Below are positions 7,601 to 15,436 of a stretch of DNA of 36,881 nt, piece by piece. This DNA comes from a virus, in IMG/VR virus record IMGVR_UViG_3300031111_000005, positions 1 through 36,881 of that record, one strand, 5' to 3'. Within the stretch, counting starts at the first letter, position 1; every line of letters begins with the position of its first letter. The notes beneath the pieces were generated by a model. It had not been told where the DNA came from. It saw only the letters and a program-made list of their open reading frames with translations, and searched no databases. A program made the position numbers and the translations under genes.

Positions 7601-7913
7601 TTAAACTCGGTATTGTTCCCTCTTTCTTCATTGAAAATACTTCTTCCATTGTTGGTATCTTTCCAGGATTATCTTGCATCCATTGATTTCTTAATTCTAC
7701 AAATGTTAAACAAGTTGTTTCAAAATTCTTTTCTATTGTCATCATTTGATTTAATTGAAAGAAATATAATAAAGACAAAAACACTATGGCTATTGCTACT
7801 AATGTATAAGGGTCTTTAAACCAATTATAATCTTCTTTGTAAACATTTCCTTCTCTATCTATGGTATAAGAATATCCTTTTTCACGATTAAATTTTGTTA
7901 TAAATTCTTTCAT
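7593..7913 (-). CDS. Single-pass membrane protein (106 aa)
   Basis: ORF track; hydrophobic LVAIAIVFLSLLYFF; AGGAGGT before the ATG. Confidence 0.6.
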   Translation of the reverse strand: MKEFITKFNREKGYSYTIDREGNVYKEDYNWFKDPYTLVAIAIVFLSLLYFFQLNQMMTIEKNFETTCLTFVELRNQWMQDNPGKIPTMEEVFSMKKEGTIPSLNG

Positions 7914-7925
7914 TTTTACCTCCTT

Positions 7926-8120
7926 TCATTCATACTCTATTGTTTTAACTGTTTCTGCCCAAGGCACTTCCTCTTCTCTTCCATCTCTCCATTCACTTAT
8001 TTTATTTATTAATTTGTCTATTGGTTCTTTAAATGGTTTGTAAAGAACATATCCTAAGAAACACCAAACTCCTATTGGAATTATAAAATTAAGTATTTGG
8101 TCTATAGTTAATGCAGCCAT
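7926..8120 (-). CDS. Small membrane protein (64 aa)
   Basis: ORF track; hydrophobic ILNFIIPIGVWCFLGYVLY. Confidence 0.6.
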   Translation of the reverse strand: MAALTIDQILNFIIPIGVWCFLGYVLYKPFKEPIDKLINKISEWRDGREEEVPWAETVKTIEYE

Positions 8121-8440
8121 TATTCTTTTTCCTCCTTTAATAGCTTAGCTTTTTCTTTTAAGGCATCCCTCTTGCATATTTCTGCCAATCTCTCCTCAAA
8201 ATCGCTCCCAGAGGCAACAGCAGTGTCATATTCTTCTTGCTCTTCTTTTGTTAAATTAAATTGTTCTATTAGTTTTTTATCTATCCTATTTCTTGAAGTT
8301 AATATCATTCTTTCTACTCTTGGGTCTTTTGGAATCATTTGAATTGGTTGGGGGGTTTTACGGTCTTTATAAGATACTTTCTTTCCCTGTATTATTACTT
8401 TGAATATTTCTCTATTAACTATGTATGTTTGTGTTATCAT
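8120..8440 (-). CDS. Hypothetical protein (106 aa)
   Basis: ORF track; 1-nt overlap with the downstream gene. Confidence 0.6.
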   Translation of the reverse strand: MITQTYIVNREIFKVIIQGKKVSYKDRKTPQPIQMIPKDPRVERMILTSRNRIDKKLIEQFNLTKEEQEEYDTAVASGSDFEERLAEICKRDALKEKAKLLKEEKE

Positions 8441-8606
8441 TTTTTATTTCCTTTTTATCTATTAAACTTAATAAAATAATTAATGAAAATATTATAATAA
8501 TCCAACATTTCCATTTATCTGAATATCCGAATTTTAATGCTATTATTCCAATAGTGTAAAAATTTAATGAACAAGATAATAATAAAAAATCATAAAATTT
8601 AATCAT
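8415..8606 (-). CDS. Small multi-pass membrane protein (63 aa)
   Basis: ORF track; mostly hydrophobic sequence. Confidence 0.5.
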   Translation of the reverse strand: MIKFYDFLLLSCSLNFYTIGIIALKFGYSDKWKCWIIIIFSLIILLSLIDKKEIKNDNTNIHS

Positions 8607-8713
8607 TTTCCAAAAAATATGTATTTAATTGCAGCTACTAAGATAATGAATTTGAAAATAGGTTCAACCCATACATTTTGGGATTCAATCCAGATTAATA
8701 TTTCTTGTATCAT
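8603..8713 (-). CDS. Small hydrophobic ORF (36 aa, MIQEILIWIESQNVWVEPIFKFIILVAAIKYIFFGK)
   Basis: Hand translation; ATGA overlaps at both ends (8710..8713 and 8603..8606). Confidence 0.35.
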   Translation of the reverse strand: MIQEILIWIESQNVWVEPIFKFIILVAAIKYIFFGK

Positions 8714-8997
8714 TCTTCACATCCTGCCTTAAAGATTATTTCTTTATCATTAAGACTTTTAGCTAATTCGCATAATTCTTTTGTATCTTCACTTAATCCC
8801 TTCATAGAGTCCCAGGAAGTTTTAAATTCACATCCCCCCCAACCACAATAACAAAAATTAGGTCTTTCTTCGCAAAATTTATCATATACTTTGTTTTTAT
8901 CGTATTCTTCTTTTACATATTTAAATCCAAATGCTCCAGCTATTAAAATTAAAACTATTGCTATCCCCCAAAACACTCCTACTAATAATTTATCCAT
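8710..8997 (-). CDS. Membrane-anchored Cys-rich protein (95 aa)
   Basis: ORF track. N-terminal hydrophobic LLVGVFWGIAIVLILIAGAFGF, then 7 Cys (CEERPNFCYCGWGGCEF...C...C). Confidence 0.6.
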   Translation of the reverse strand: MDKLLVGVFWGIAIVLILIAGAFGFKYVKEEYDKNKVYDKFCEERPNFCYCGWGGCEFKTSWDSMKGLSEDTKELCELAKSLNDKEIIFKAGCEE

Positions 8998-9047
8998 TTT
9001 TTCTCCTTTTTTATCTTTTTACTTTACTATTATGGAATGGTCAATTA

Positions 9048-9078
9048 CTCCGTTGATAAATCTTGCAATCATTGTCAT
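9048..9078 (-). repeat. Duplicated 5' fragment of the capsid-like gene (MIARFING...) in an intergenic region
   Basis: 9050..9072 ccgttgataaatcttgcaatcat versus 30090..30112 ccgttaataaatcttgcaatcat (22/23 identical). Here it encodes only MTMIARFINGVIDHSIIVK before a stop. Confidence 0.7.
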
Positions 9079-9169
9079 TTTAACAAAATTTTTTTGGATT
9101 TATATCAAGATTTTTTAAATTGCCATTCCTCTCTTGACCATGAATAGTGGAAATTAATAATAAAAAAAA

Positions 9170-9367
9170 TTAATTATATACAGATTCCACAAAATTCTGC
9201 ATTACGATATATTGATAAATCAATATCATCATTTTCACAACTAAAGGGTAAGCCACATTACTTCCAAAATTATCTGGAATTATTGCTAATAACACTGATG
9301 GGAAAATCAATAGGAAAAAACTTAAATTCTTTCTTCTTGTTTCTGGATTAACCACTTTCTTTTCCAT
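9170..9367 (-). CDS. Small membrane protein (65 aa)
   Basis: ORF track; two hydrophobic segments. Confidence 0.55.
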   Translation of the reverse strand: MEKKVVNPETRRKNLSFFLLIFPSVLLAIIPDNFGSNVAYPLVVKMMILIYQYIVMQNFVESVYN

Positions 9368-9368
9368 T

Positions 9369-9812
9369 TTAAGCGTTTAGCATTCTGAATAACTTTGCTT
9401 CTAAAGCAGCAATTCTTTGTTCGTGATTTACGAGTATTTCTTGAAGTGATGGACCTTTAGCTTCTTCTTTTTCTTCTTTTTTTACAACTTTCTTCTTGAT
9501 TACTTTCTTTGGTTTTTCTTCTTCATCTTCTTCCTCTTCTAAATCTTCTTGACTTTCTTCATCTTCATCATCTTCATACTCTTCTTCATATTCATCATTC
9601 TTAGCCATTTTTACCTCCATTTCATTTAATTTGAATGCTTCTAATATCAATTCTTTAGGGTAACCCTTTTCAAAAAATTGACGCATTATTTTTTCATCTG
9701 AATATTTAATCTTTCTTGCCTCTCTTATGTATTCTACTAAGATTGGTAAAAGTTCTTTTACATCTACTTCCTTCTCTTTCTTTTTTCTTTTAAATATGTC
9801 TTTTATGTTCAT
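9369..9812 (-). CDS. Acidic protein with poly-E/D tract and C-terminal coiled coil (147 aa)
   Basis: ORF track; EYEEEYEDDEDEESQEDLEEEEDEEE tract; TATA-like TTTTTAAAA about 20 nt upstream of the ATG. Confidence 0.65.
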   Translation of the reverse strand: MNIKDIFKRKKKEKEVDVKELLPILVEYIREARKIKYSDEKIMRQFFEKGYPKELILEAFKLNEMEVKMAKNDEYEEEYEDDEDEESQEDLEEEEDEEEKPKKVIKKKVVKKEEKEEAKGPSLQEILVNHEQRIAALEAKLFRMLNA

Positions 9813-9831
9813 TTTCTTTTTTTGATTTTAA

Positions 9832-9860
9832 AAAGAAATAATAAAAAAATAATAAATAAG
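9832..9860 (-). terminator. Oligo-T tract directly after the stop of 9862..10251 (archaeal-type termination signal)
   Basis: Minus strand: TAAACTTATTTATTATTTTTTTATTATTTCTTTTT. A near-identical string follows the stop at 11544. Confidence 0.45.
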
Positions 9861-9861
9861 T

Positions 9862-10251
9862 TTATTTCTTTTCTTTGATTTTATCTTCGTTTACTTTTGC
9901 TATCTTGTCTTTTAACTCTTCTTCAATCACAGCAGATATGCTTTTGTTTTCAAGTTTTCTTTTCTTTTCTCTTACATTGAAAAGTCTTAATTCTTTATCT
10001 AAATCAACTTTATCTTCATCTGCAAATTGCTTTATTCTTCCAATTAAATACATGTCTTCCATTAACCATCTATATCTTTGACTTTTTGTTCCTGTAAATA
10101 AAGTGTATATCCCTAATCCTATAAGAACTAAAAAGATAGTTAATCCTAATGCCATAAATAAACTTCCAACTTGAATTATTGAATTATCATAAGTATATCT
10201 TATGTATCCTCCAATTCCAGACAAGTCAACATTTGCTAAATTATCTAACAT
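9862..10251 (-). CDS. Single-pass membrane protein (129 aa)
   Basis: ORF track; hydrophobic LFMALGLTIFLVLIGLGIYTLF. Confidence 0.65.
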   Translation of the reverse strand: MLDNLANVDLSGIGGYIRYTYDNSIIQVGSLFMALGLTIFLVLIGLGIYTLFTGTKSQRYRWLMEDMYLIGRIKQFADEDKVDLDKELRLFNVREKKRKLENKSISAVIEEELKDKIAKVNEDKIKEKK

Positions 10252-10622
10252 TGTTTTACCTCCTCTTTTAAATTTAATTCAACTAACGAATTTAAATCTG
10301 TTATTAAATCTTTTGCCTCAATAATCTTTTGTCTTAATTGATAATCTATTGGATATAATCCTAATGTTTTTTTTAATGTATAGTATTGAATGTAAGTAGT
10401 TACTAATAAACTAAATTGAAAACTTAATATTCCTATTTCTCCAAACCCTAATAATATCTTAAACCAAATTGACATATCTGTAAAGCCAATAAAATAAATT
10501 GCCATTCCTAAACTTCCTAATAGCATAAATGTTACGCCAATCAAACTGGCTTCTAACTGAGTTCGGTCTGACGGCTTTCTTAATACCTTTGCTATTATGT
10601 CTGGGAAAATATAATCAACCAT
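10245..10622 (-). CDS. Multi-pass membrane protein (125 aa)
   Basis: ORF track; three hydrophobic segments. Confidence 0.65.
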   Translation of the reverse strand: MVDYIFPDIIAKVLRKPSDRTQLEASLIGVTFMLLGSLGMAIYFIGFTDMSIWFKILLGFGEIGILSFQFSLLVTTYIQYYTLKKTLGLYPIDYQLRQKIIEAKDLITDLNSLVELNLKEEVKQC

Positions 10623-10623
10623 T

Positions 10624-10992
10624 TTATTGTATTACCCCCTCGCCAATAACAATGTAATCAGTTCCATTATTTATTACCCAAGATGGAGTTACTCTTATCT
10701 GTTGACATAATTCATTTTGATTATTTAAACAATCTAATGTTAAACCAGAATCCATATACTTATTCCAATCATTTCCAAAGATTTCTATTTGCTTATGACA
10801 AGCAGAACAATGTGAACTATATACAAACATAACCTTATTAGATATTAAATTATCTACCATTGATTGTTCTTTTTCTTCGTTAATACTTCCAACTAATAAA
10901 ACTAAAACCATTATTCCTAATATTAATGTTGATAATATCCAGGGGTTTTCTCTAAACTTATCTGTTAATGTTAATTCTTTTTGTTTTTTCAT
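10624..10992 (-). CDS. Membrane-anchored thioredoxin-like (CxxC) disulfide oxidoreductase
   Basis: Start set at MKKQKELTL (ATGA overlap at 10989..10992). One TM segment. Then VYSSHCSACHKQIEIFG...DC...C...VTPSWVINNG matches the pattern WCxHCxxQKxxFG...C...C...YPTWxING of thioredoxin domains that are fused to or partner with VKOR-type enzymes. Confidence 0.65.
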   Translation of the reverse strand: MKKQKELTLTDKFRENPWILSTLILGIMVLVLLVGSINEEKEQSMVDNLISNKVMFVYSSHCSACHKQIEIFGNDWNKYMDSGLTLDCLNNQNELCQQIRVTPSWVINNGTDYIVIGEGVIQ

Positions 10993-11267
10993 TCTGCTTC
11001 TCCATCCCCAATTATTGGTGCTAATAAAAATCCAGTAACTAATAGAACTATTAAAGATATTAACAAATTCCATTTTAAGCTATTAAACATATTATCCATT
11101 ACTATGAAAGTTAAAATACCACAAGCACTTGAACCTATTGGGCTAAAAGAAAAATCCATAAGACCATTTGCAACATTTTTTCTAAACATTAAAGAACCTA
11201 AAATAAATGCAGCTCCAATTAAAAGACTTACATGATTTATTAATCCATCTGTTCCAAATAAAGGCAT
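10989..11267 (-). CDS. Multi-pass membrane protein (92 aa)
   Basis: ORF track; hydrophobic throughout. Confidence 0.6.
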   Translation of the reverse strand: MPLFGTDGLINHVSLLIGAAFILGSLMFRKNVANGLMDFSFSPIGSSACGILTFIVMDNMFNSLKWNLLISLIVLLVTGFLLAPIIGDGEAE

Positions 11268-11268
11268 T

Positions 11269-11472
11269 TTATTTTTTATTCTCCTTTTTTAATTTAACTT
11301 CACAAACATGACATCTTCTTCCTTTGTCTTCTTGTTTATCTGTTCCATAAATTGAGCCACAAGCATTACAAATATAAACAAATTTATAATACTTCAAAAA
11401 TCCTTCTGCCTCTTTTTTCTGGGTATCGTTTAATCTTTTTAACATTCTATAATCACTTTTAAAGTGATACAT
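11269..11472 (-). CDS. Small zinc-ribbon protein (the real start may be Met10 at 11445)
   Basis: CNACGS...CHVCE. The class-1 TATA box ends only 3 nt before the ATG at 11472, so a leaderless transcript starting near MLKRLND (11445) is more plausible. Confidence 0.6.
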   Translation of the reverse strand: MYHFKSDYRMLKRLNDTQKKEAEGFLKYYKFVYICNACGSIYGTDKQEDKGRRCHVCEVKLKKENKK

Positions 11473-11473
11473 C

Positions 11474-11509
11474 CTTTTTAAACAATTCTATTAACTGAAA
11501 AGTAGTGAA
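11474..11509 (-). promoter_or_regulatory. Class-1 promoter: TTCACTACTTTT box + TATA (TTTAAAAA)
   Basis: Minus-strand reading TTCACTACTTTTCAGTTAATAGAATTGTTTAAAAAG; aligns with 7016..7050 and 30211..30245. Confidence 0.6.
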
Positions 11510-11512
11510 TTT

Positions 11513-11540
11513 CAAATAAAAAATAAAAAAATAATAAATT
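11513..11540 (-). terminator. Oligo-T tract directly after the stop of 11544..12068
   Basis: Minus strand: TAAATAAATTTATTATTTTTTTATTTTTTATTT; similar to 9832..9860. Confidence 0.45.
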
Positions 11541-11543
11541 TAT

Positions 11544-12068
11544 TTAGTCCTCTTTTCTTCCAAATAATACATAGACTAATCCAACTGCTGCTATTAATAA
11601 TGCTATTGCATATAATCCAACATTAGTATCTAAAATACTTCTTCCCCAACTTGAATTAACATAATCGTCAGCACAATATGTATAATCTACTAATGAATCA
11701 TTTGTTCCTGCATTACTGGTATTTACAGCTTCTGTATTATTTAAAAATAATACTCCAGTTGTTGTTGTAAAAGTATAATCTGTCGTAACAGTAAAATCAT
11801 CTGTTGCATTACCTATTACAAAATTTGTTATCGGACAATCTTCTATTTTCCAAGTTGTTGGATAATTTGTTATTGTTAAAGGGTAAGTATCATTTATTGT
11901 TCCTCCAGCCAATACTGCTCCAGAAATATCTAATACCTCGTTAGTAACAACTGTTTTTTCTGTTTTTTGATTACTTTGTTCTGCAATTACAGATATGAAA
12001 ACTGCTGCTAAGATTATCAATACAGCAACTGTGACTAATGTCTTCACAGTTTTATCTTTTTCTCCCAT
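11544..12068 (-). CDS. Bitopic T/N-rich (probably glycosylated) structural/envelope protein (174 aa)
   Basis: ORF track; N-terminal and C-terminal hydrophobic segments; several N-x-T/S sites; strong AGGAGGT site. Confidence 0.7.
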   Translation of the reverse strand: MGEKDKTVKTLVTVAVLIILAAVFISVIAEQSNQKTEKTVVTNEVLDISGAVLAGGTINDTYPLTITNYPTTWKIEDCPITNFVIGNATDDFTVTTDYTFTTTTGVLFLNNTEAVNTSNAGTNDSLVDYTYCADDYVNSSWGRSILDTNVGLYAIALLIAAVGLVYVLFGRKED

Positions 12069-12101
12069 TTATTTTACCTCCTTTCATTTGTATTTTGAAT
12101 T

Positions 12102-12353
12102 TTATAATTTATTTGCCATTTCTGACATTGGATTCAATAAAGCAGTTCCTATTGTTAAATCTGTAAAACCTTTTAACATTTGTTTTGGTTTTCCTATTGG
12201 TCCTTTTCCTTTTCCATATCCTAAACCTTTTCCCATTCCTTTTGAATTTAGTTTAGAACCAGGACATTGTTCTTTAACCATTTTTCCAGCTCTTGCTACC
12301 AAACTTAAACTTTTTAATCCAACTGCTGTTTGAGCTATTTGTTTTGTTGTCAT
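12102..12353 (-). CDS. Gly/Lys-rich small protein (83 aa from MTTKQIAQ)
   Basis: ORF track entry trimmed to the Met in ATGA overlap with the 12350 stop; GKGLGYGKGKGPIGKPK tract. Confidence 0.55.
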   Translation of the reverse strand: MTTKQIAQTAVGLKSLSLVARAGKMVKEQCPGSKLNSKGMGKGLGYGKGKGPIGKPKQMLKGFTDLTIGTALLNPMSEMANKL

Positions 12354-13786
12354 TCTTCCCCCCATTTATTTTTTAATAAAGGAACTAAAGCTACTGATAA
12401 AACTATTAAAGCCATGAATCCAGCAATCAATCTTAATATTGTTCTATGGAATCCATAATCTTCATACCATTCATAATCAAAAGAACTTACTATCAAACTA
12501 TAATCAAATCTATCATTTAAAATTGTAAATAATCCTGTTGCTGTATTTATAGAATAATCTGTCCCATCAACTAATGTTTGGTCATTTGATATTACTTCTG
12601 AGAAACTCACATTGGTATTAGTTCCATGATTTCCAGAACCTGAGTTATCTGCCACGGAATAGTCATCAAAATTTATGTCCAAAACAAGTCCATTGGTGCT
12701 TGGTGTTCCTGTTCTTTGTGGTCCTGTTGAAAGGAGTGTGTAATTGTTGTATAGGGAAGTTATTTCTGCTTGTGATAGAGTTCTGTTGTAGATTAATATT
12801 TCGTCGATTGAGCCATTAAAACCATCTAAAGAACTTGATGAAAATGAACCTATTATAAAATCATTTAATAATCCTGACTGATTCATTAAAACATCTCCAA
12901 TAACATTAGTTGAATCAAAATAACCAGTATAACTTTCATTAAATATGAAGGTTAAAACAATATTATGCCATTCTCCAACTCCTAAATCTGCAACATTTCC
13001 AGATTCTGGTCCTCCAACTCTTAAATGAATTTTATTATCTGTCGAACTAAAAACAATATAAATTCTATTTCCTATTCCATCTGTTTGTGAATGAGAAAAT
13101 AAATAATAAGGGTTATCTGAACCTAATTGATTTTTCATAGCCCATAAAGAAATTGTAAAATTTGTATTGTTCCAAACCTCTCCCAAATTATTTTCTATAT
13201 TAATATAACTACTCTCCCCATCAAACTCCCCTGCAAACTGCCCATCATACGCAAATTTAGGTCCGCTTTCTGAAATAGGAAAAGTTGATGAACCATAACC
13301 TTCTTCTATATTTCCAACTTCTATTGTTACCCAACCTCCATCACAAGTTTCTTCTGTTGGGCAATTTGGTTCCCATAACCATTGTGTTGGAAAGAAGTAT
13401 CTATCAAACTTTCCACTATGAGTATAATGAGCTATTGTGTCTGGTTGTATTTTATAAAAAAACCTTAAACTTATTGTTTCATTTTCAATGAAATTTCTTT
13501 TACTATCTACATGATAAACTCTTTTTTTATTCTTATCCAATTCATACTTATCAATATAAACTATTGGGTCTGTTTGTTTTAAATCTTTAAAAAATACTCC
13601 TTCTTCTTTTACTATATAACTTGCATCAAGTTTATCTGTTATTTCAACTTGTTTAGCATCTAATGTAATTAAATCTGGTTTGTCTTTTATATCTTGTATT
13701 TCATTTAAAGATAAATCTTTTGCCATTATTGGAGCTATTGCTAATAAGAATACTAATCCTAATAATAAATAATTTTTAATTTTCAT
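12350..13786 (-). CDS. LamG (concanavalin-A-like lectin) domain protein with signal peptide and C-terminal TM anchor (478 aa)
   Basis: Signal-like MKIKNYLLLGLVFLLAIAPIMA. LamG_3 pattern FTISLWAMKN...GEWHNIVLTF...FNGSIDEILIYNRTLSQAEITSLYNNY. C-terminal LIAGFMALIVLSVALVPLL. Many N-x-S/T sites. Confidence 0.85.
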   Translation of the reverse strand: MKIKNYLLLGLVFLLAIAPIMAKDLSLNEIQDIKDKPDLITLDAKQVEITDKLDASYIVKEEGVFFKDLKQTDPIVYIDKYELDKNKKRVYHVDSKRNFIENETISLRFFYKIQPDTIAHYTHSGKFDRYFFPTQWLWEPNCPTEETCDGGWVTIEVGNIEEGYGSSTFPISESGPKFAYDGQFAGEFDGESSYINIENNLGEVWNNTNFTISLWAMKNQLGSDNPYYLFSHSQTDGIGNRIYIVFSSTDNKIHLRVGGPESGNVADLGVGEWHNIVLTFIFNESYTGYFDSTNVIGDVLMNQSGLLNDFIIGSFSSSSLDGFNGSIDEILIYNRTLSQAEITSLYNNYTLLSTGPQRTGTPSTNGLVLDINFDDYSVADNSGSGNHGTNTNVSFSEVISNDQTLVDGTDYSINTATGLFTILNDRFDYSLIVSSFDYEWYEDYGFHRTILRLIAGFMALIVLSVALVPLLKNKWGEE

Positions 13787-14543
13787 TTAATATTCCTTGG
13801 AATTGCTTTAATTCCATATTATTTATTTGATGTTCCCATAATCTTAAAACTTTAAATCCTTTTTCAATTAATTCTTTAGTTCTAATATGGTCTAAATCAT
13901 TTCCTACTGGATACTTGTGCCAATAATCACCATCACATTCAATCACCATATTCATTGAAGGAATAAGAATGTCACATTGGTATTTATGTTTTATTTGATT
14001 CATAATTTGATGTGTATAAAATTCTATTCCCAATTTTTTTAAAAAACTTTGAATTTTTACTTCTATTTTTGTATCTTTCTCTGGAAATATTTGTTTTAAT
14101 CTTGCTTCCCTTATTTTTTGTTTAGTTTCTTCTGATAATTTCTTCCCTTTATTTCCTAAACTTATTTTATTTTTAGCTTCTTTTGTATGGGGTTTAATAG
14201 TTTGTTTAGCTCTAGCTTCTTTTATCTTTTCTCTTGTTTCCATAGTATGCCTCTTCCCATAAAAAGGATTATTTTTTCCATTCAAATTTCTTGCTTTTTG
14301 ACTATCACTAATTTTCTTTAAAACCTCTGTGGAATGTTTATGTCCCTTTTTAAATCCACCATTGTTAGTTTGTCCTTTTAATCCTTTATTCCAAGCTTCT
14401 TTTCCTTTTCTTTGTTCACTCCATAGTTCTTTTGTTTTTTCAGAATAAACATTTGTCTTACCTTTATGCCAAGGAGTATGTCCTACTATAAATCTTCCTT
14501 TTTCATCCTTGTTTTTATTTTCTTTATTCTCCATGATTTCCAT
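13776..14543 (-). mobile_element. Free-standing homing-type endonuclease: NUMOD3 repeats + Vsr/DUF559-like (PD-(D/E)xK) nuclease domain (255 aa)
   Basis: Repeated NUMOD3-like units (GKRHTMETREKIKEA, GKKLSEETKQKIREA, HKHSTEVLKKISDSQ, KPHTKEAKNKISLGNKG). C-terminal YQCDILIPSMNMVIECDGDYWH...DHIRTKELIEKGFKVLRLWEHQI matches the DUF559/Vsr-like pattern. Confidence 0.8.
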
Positions 14544-15432
14544 TCCCCGACTTGTCGTAAACGATATCTCCAGAAGCTTCGTTAAACGAATACCACAAAA
14601 CTAAATTATCCGAAGGTAGAGATGAGTTTGCTATTCTTCCTGAGTTGTAGATTTCTGAGATTTCTGTAATTGATAAAGTTTTATTATACATTCTAAATTC
14701 ATCTTGACTTCCCATTGAAACTGCATTACTTGAACAACCAAGATTTGAACCAAAAGAAATATTATAATTTAAAAAACCTTTTTCTTCTAATTCATTAACA
14801 CAACTTGAACTAACATCTTGGGTTATATTTAAAACTCCATCAACATAAGTAAATAAATCAGTTTTATTAAAACCATAAATTATATTGTGCCATTCCCCAT
14901 CATCTTTTGCAAAACCAGTTGTATAAGGTCCATTATCACATCCACTTGAATTAATTATCAATCTATTTCTAAATTGTGCAATACCCGAAGAATCTCTTAT
15001 ACCAATAATTGATGTTGGTAATGAACCTGTGTTAGATGAATTTTTAAAATTCACAATTACTCCTTCAGTTCCAGTACTTAAATTAGAATCTAACATTCTA
15101 ACCCAAATAGAATTTGTAAAACCTGAACTTAAATTTAAGTTTATTGTTTTAGTTCCCAAAATACAATCATTAACCCCATCAAATTCAAGCCATGAATTGT
15201 TGTGGGCTGTTGCTGAGGAGGAAGTTACTAAAAACTTTTCATTACTTAATTCATCAATATCTAAAGTATGATTTGTTTGAACAATAAAATCATCTGTTCC
15301 AGAACCAGTTTGTTGATTTTGTATATCATTTGAATAAATAACTTGCCCAACATAAGTTGCTAATGCTCCAAATAGAATCACAGCTATTAAAATTATTACT
15401 CCTTGTGTTACTATGTTATTATTTTTTTCCAT
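14524..15432 (-). CDS. LamG-domain protein with N-terminal TM/signal anchor (302 aa)
   Basis: Hydrophobic GVIILIAVILFGALATYV. LamG_3 pattern FTNSIWVRML...DGEWHNIIYGF...GSQDEFRMYNKTLSITEISEIYNSG. Confidence 0.85.
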   Translation of the reverse strand: MEKNNNIVTQGVIILIAVILFGALATYVGQVIYSNDIQNQQTGSGTDDFIVQTNHTLDIDELSNEKFLVTSSSATAHNNSWLEFDGVNDCILGTKTINLNLSSGFTNSIWVRMLDSNLSTGTEGVIVNFKNSSNTGSLPTSIIGIRDSSGIAQFRNRLIINSSGCDNGPYTTGFAKDDGEWHNIIYGFNKTDLFTYVDGVLNITQDVSSSCVNELEEKGFLNYNISFGSNLGCSSNAVSMGSQDEFRMYNKTLSITEISEIYNSGRIANSSLPSDNLVLWYSFNEASGDIVYDKSGNGNHGE

Positions 15433-15436
15433 TTAT

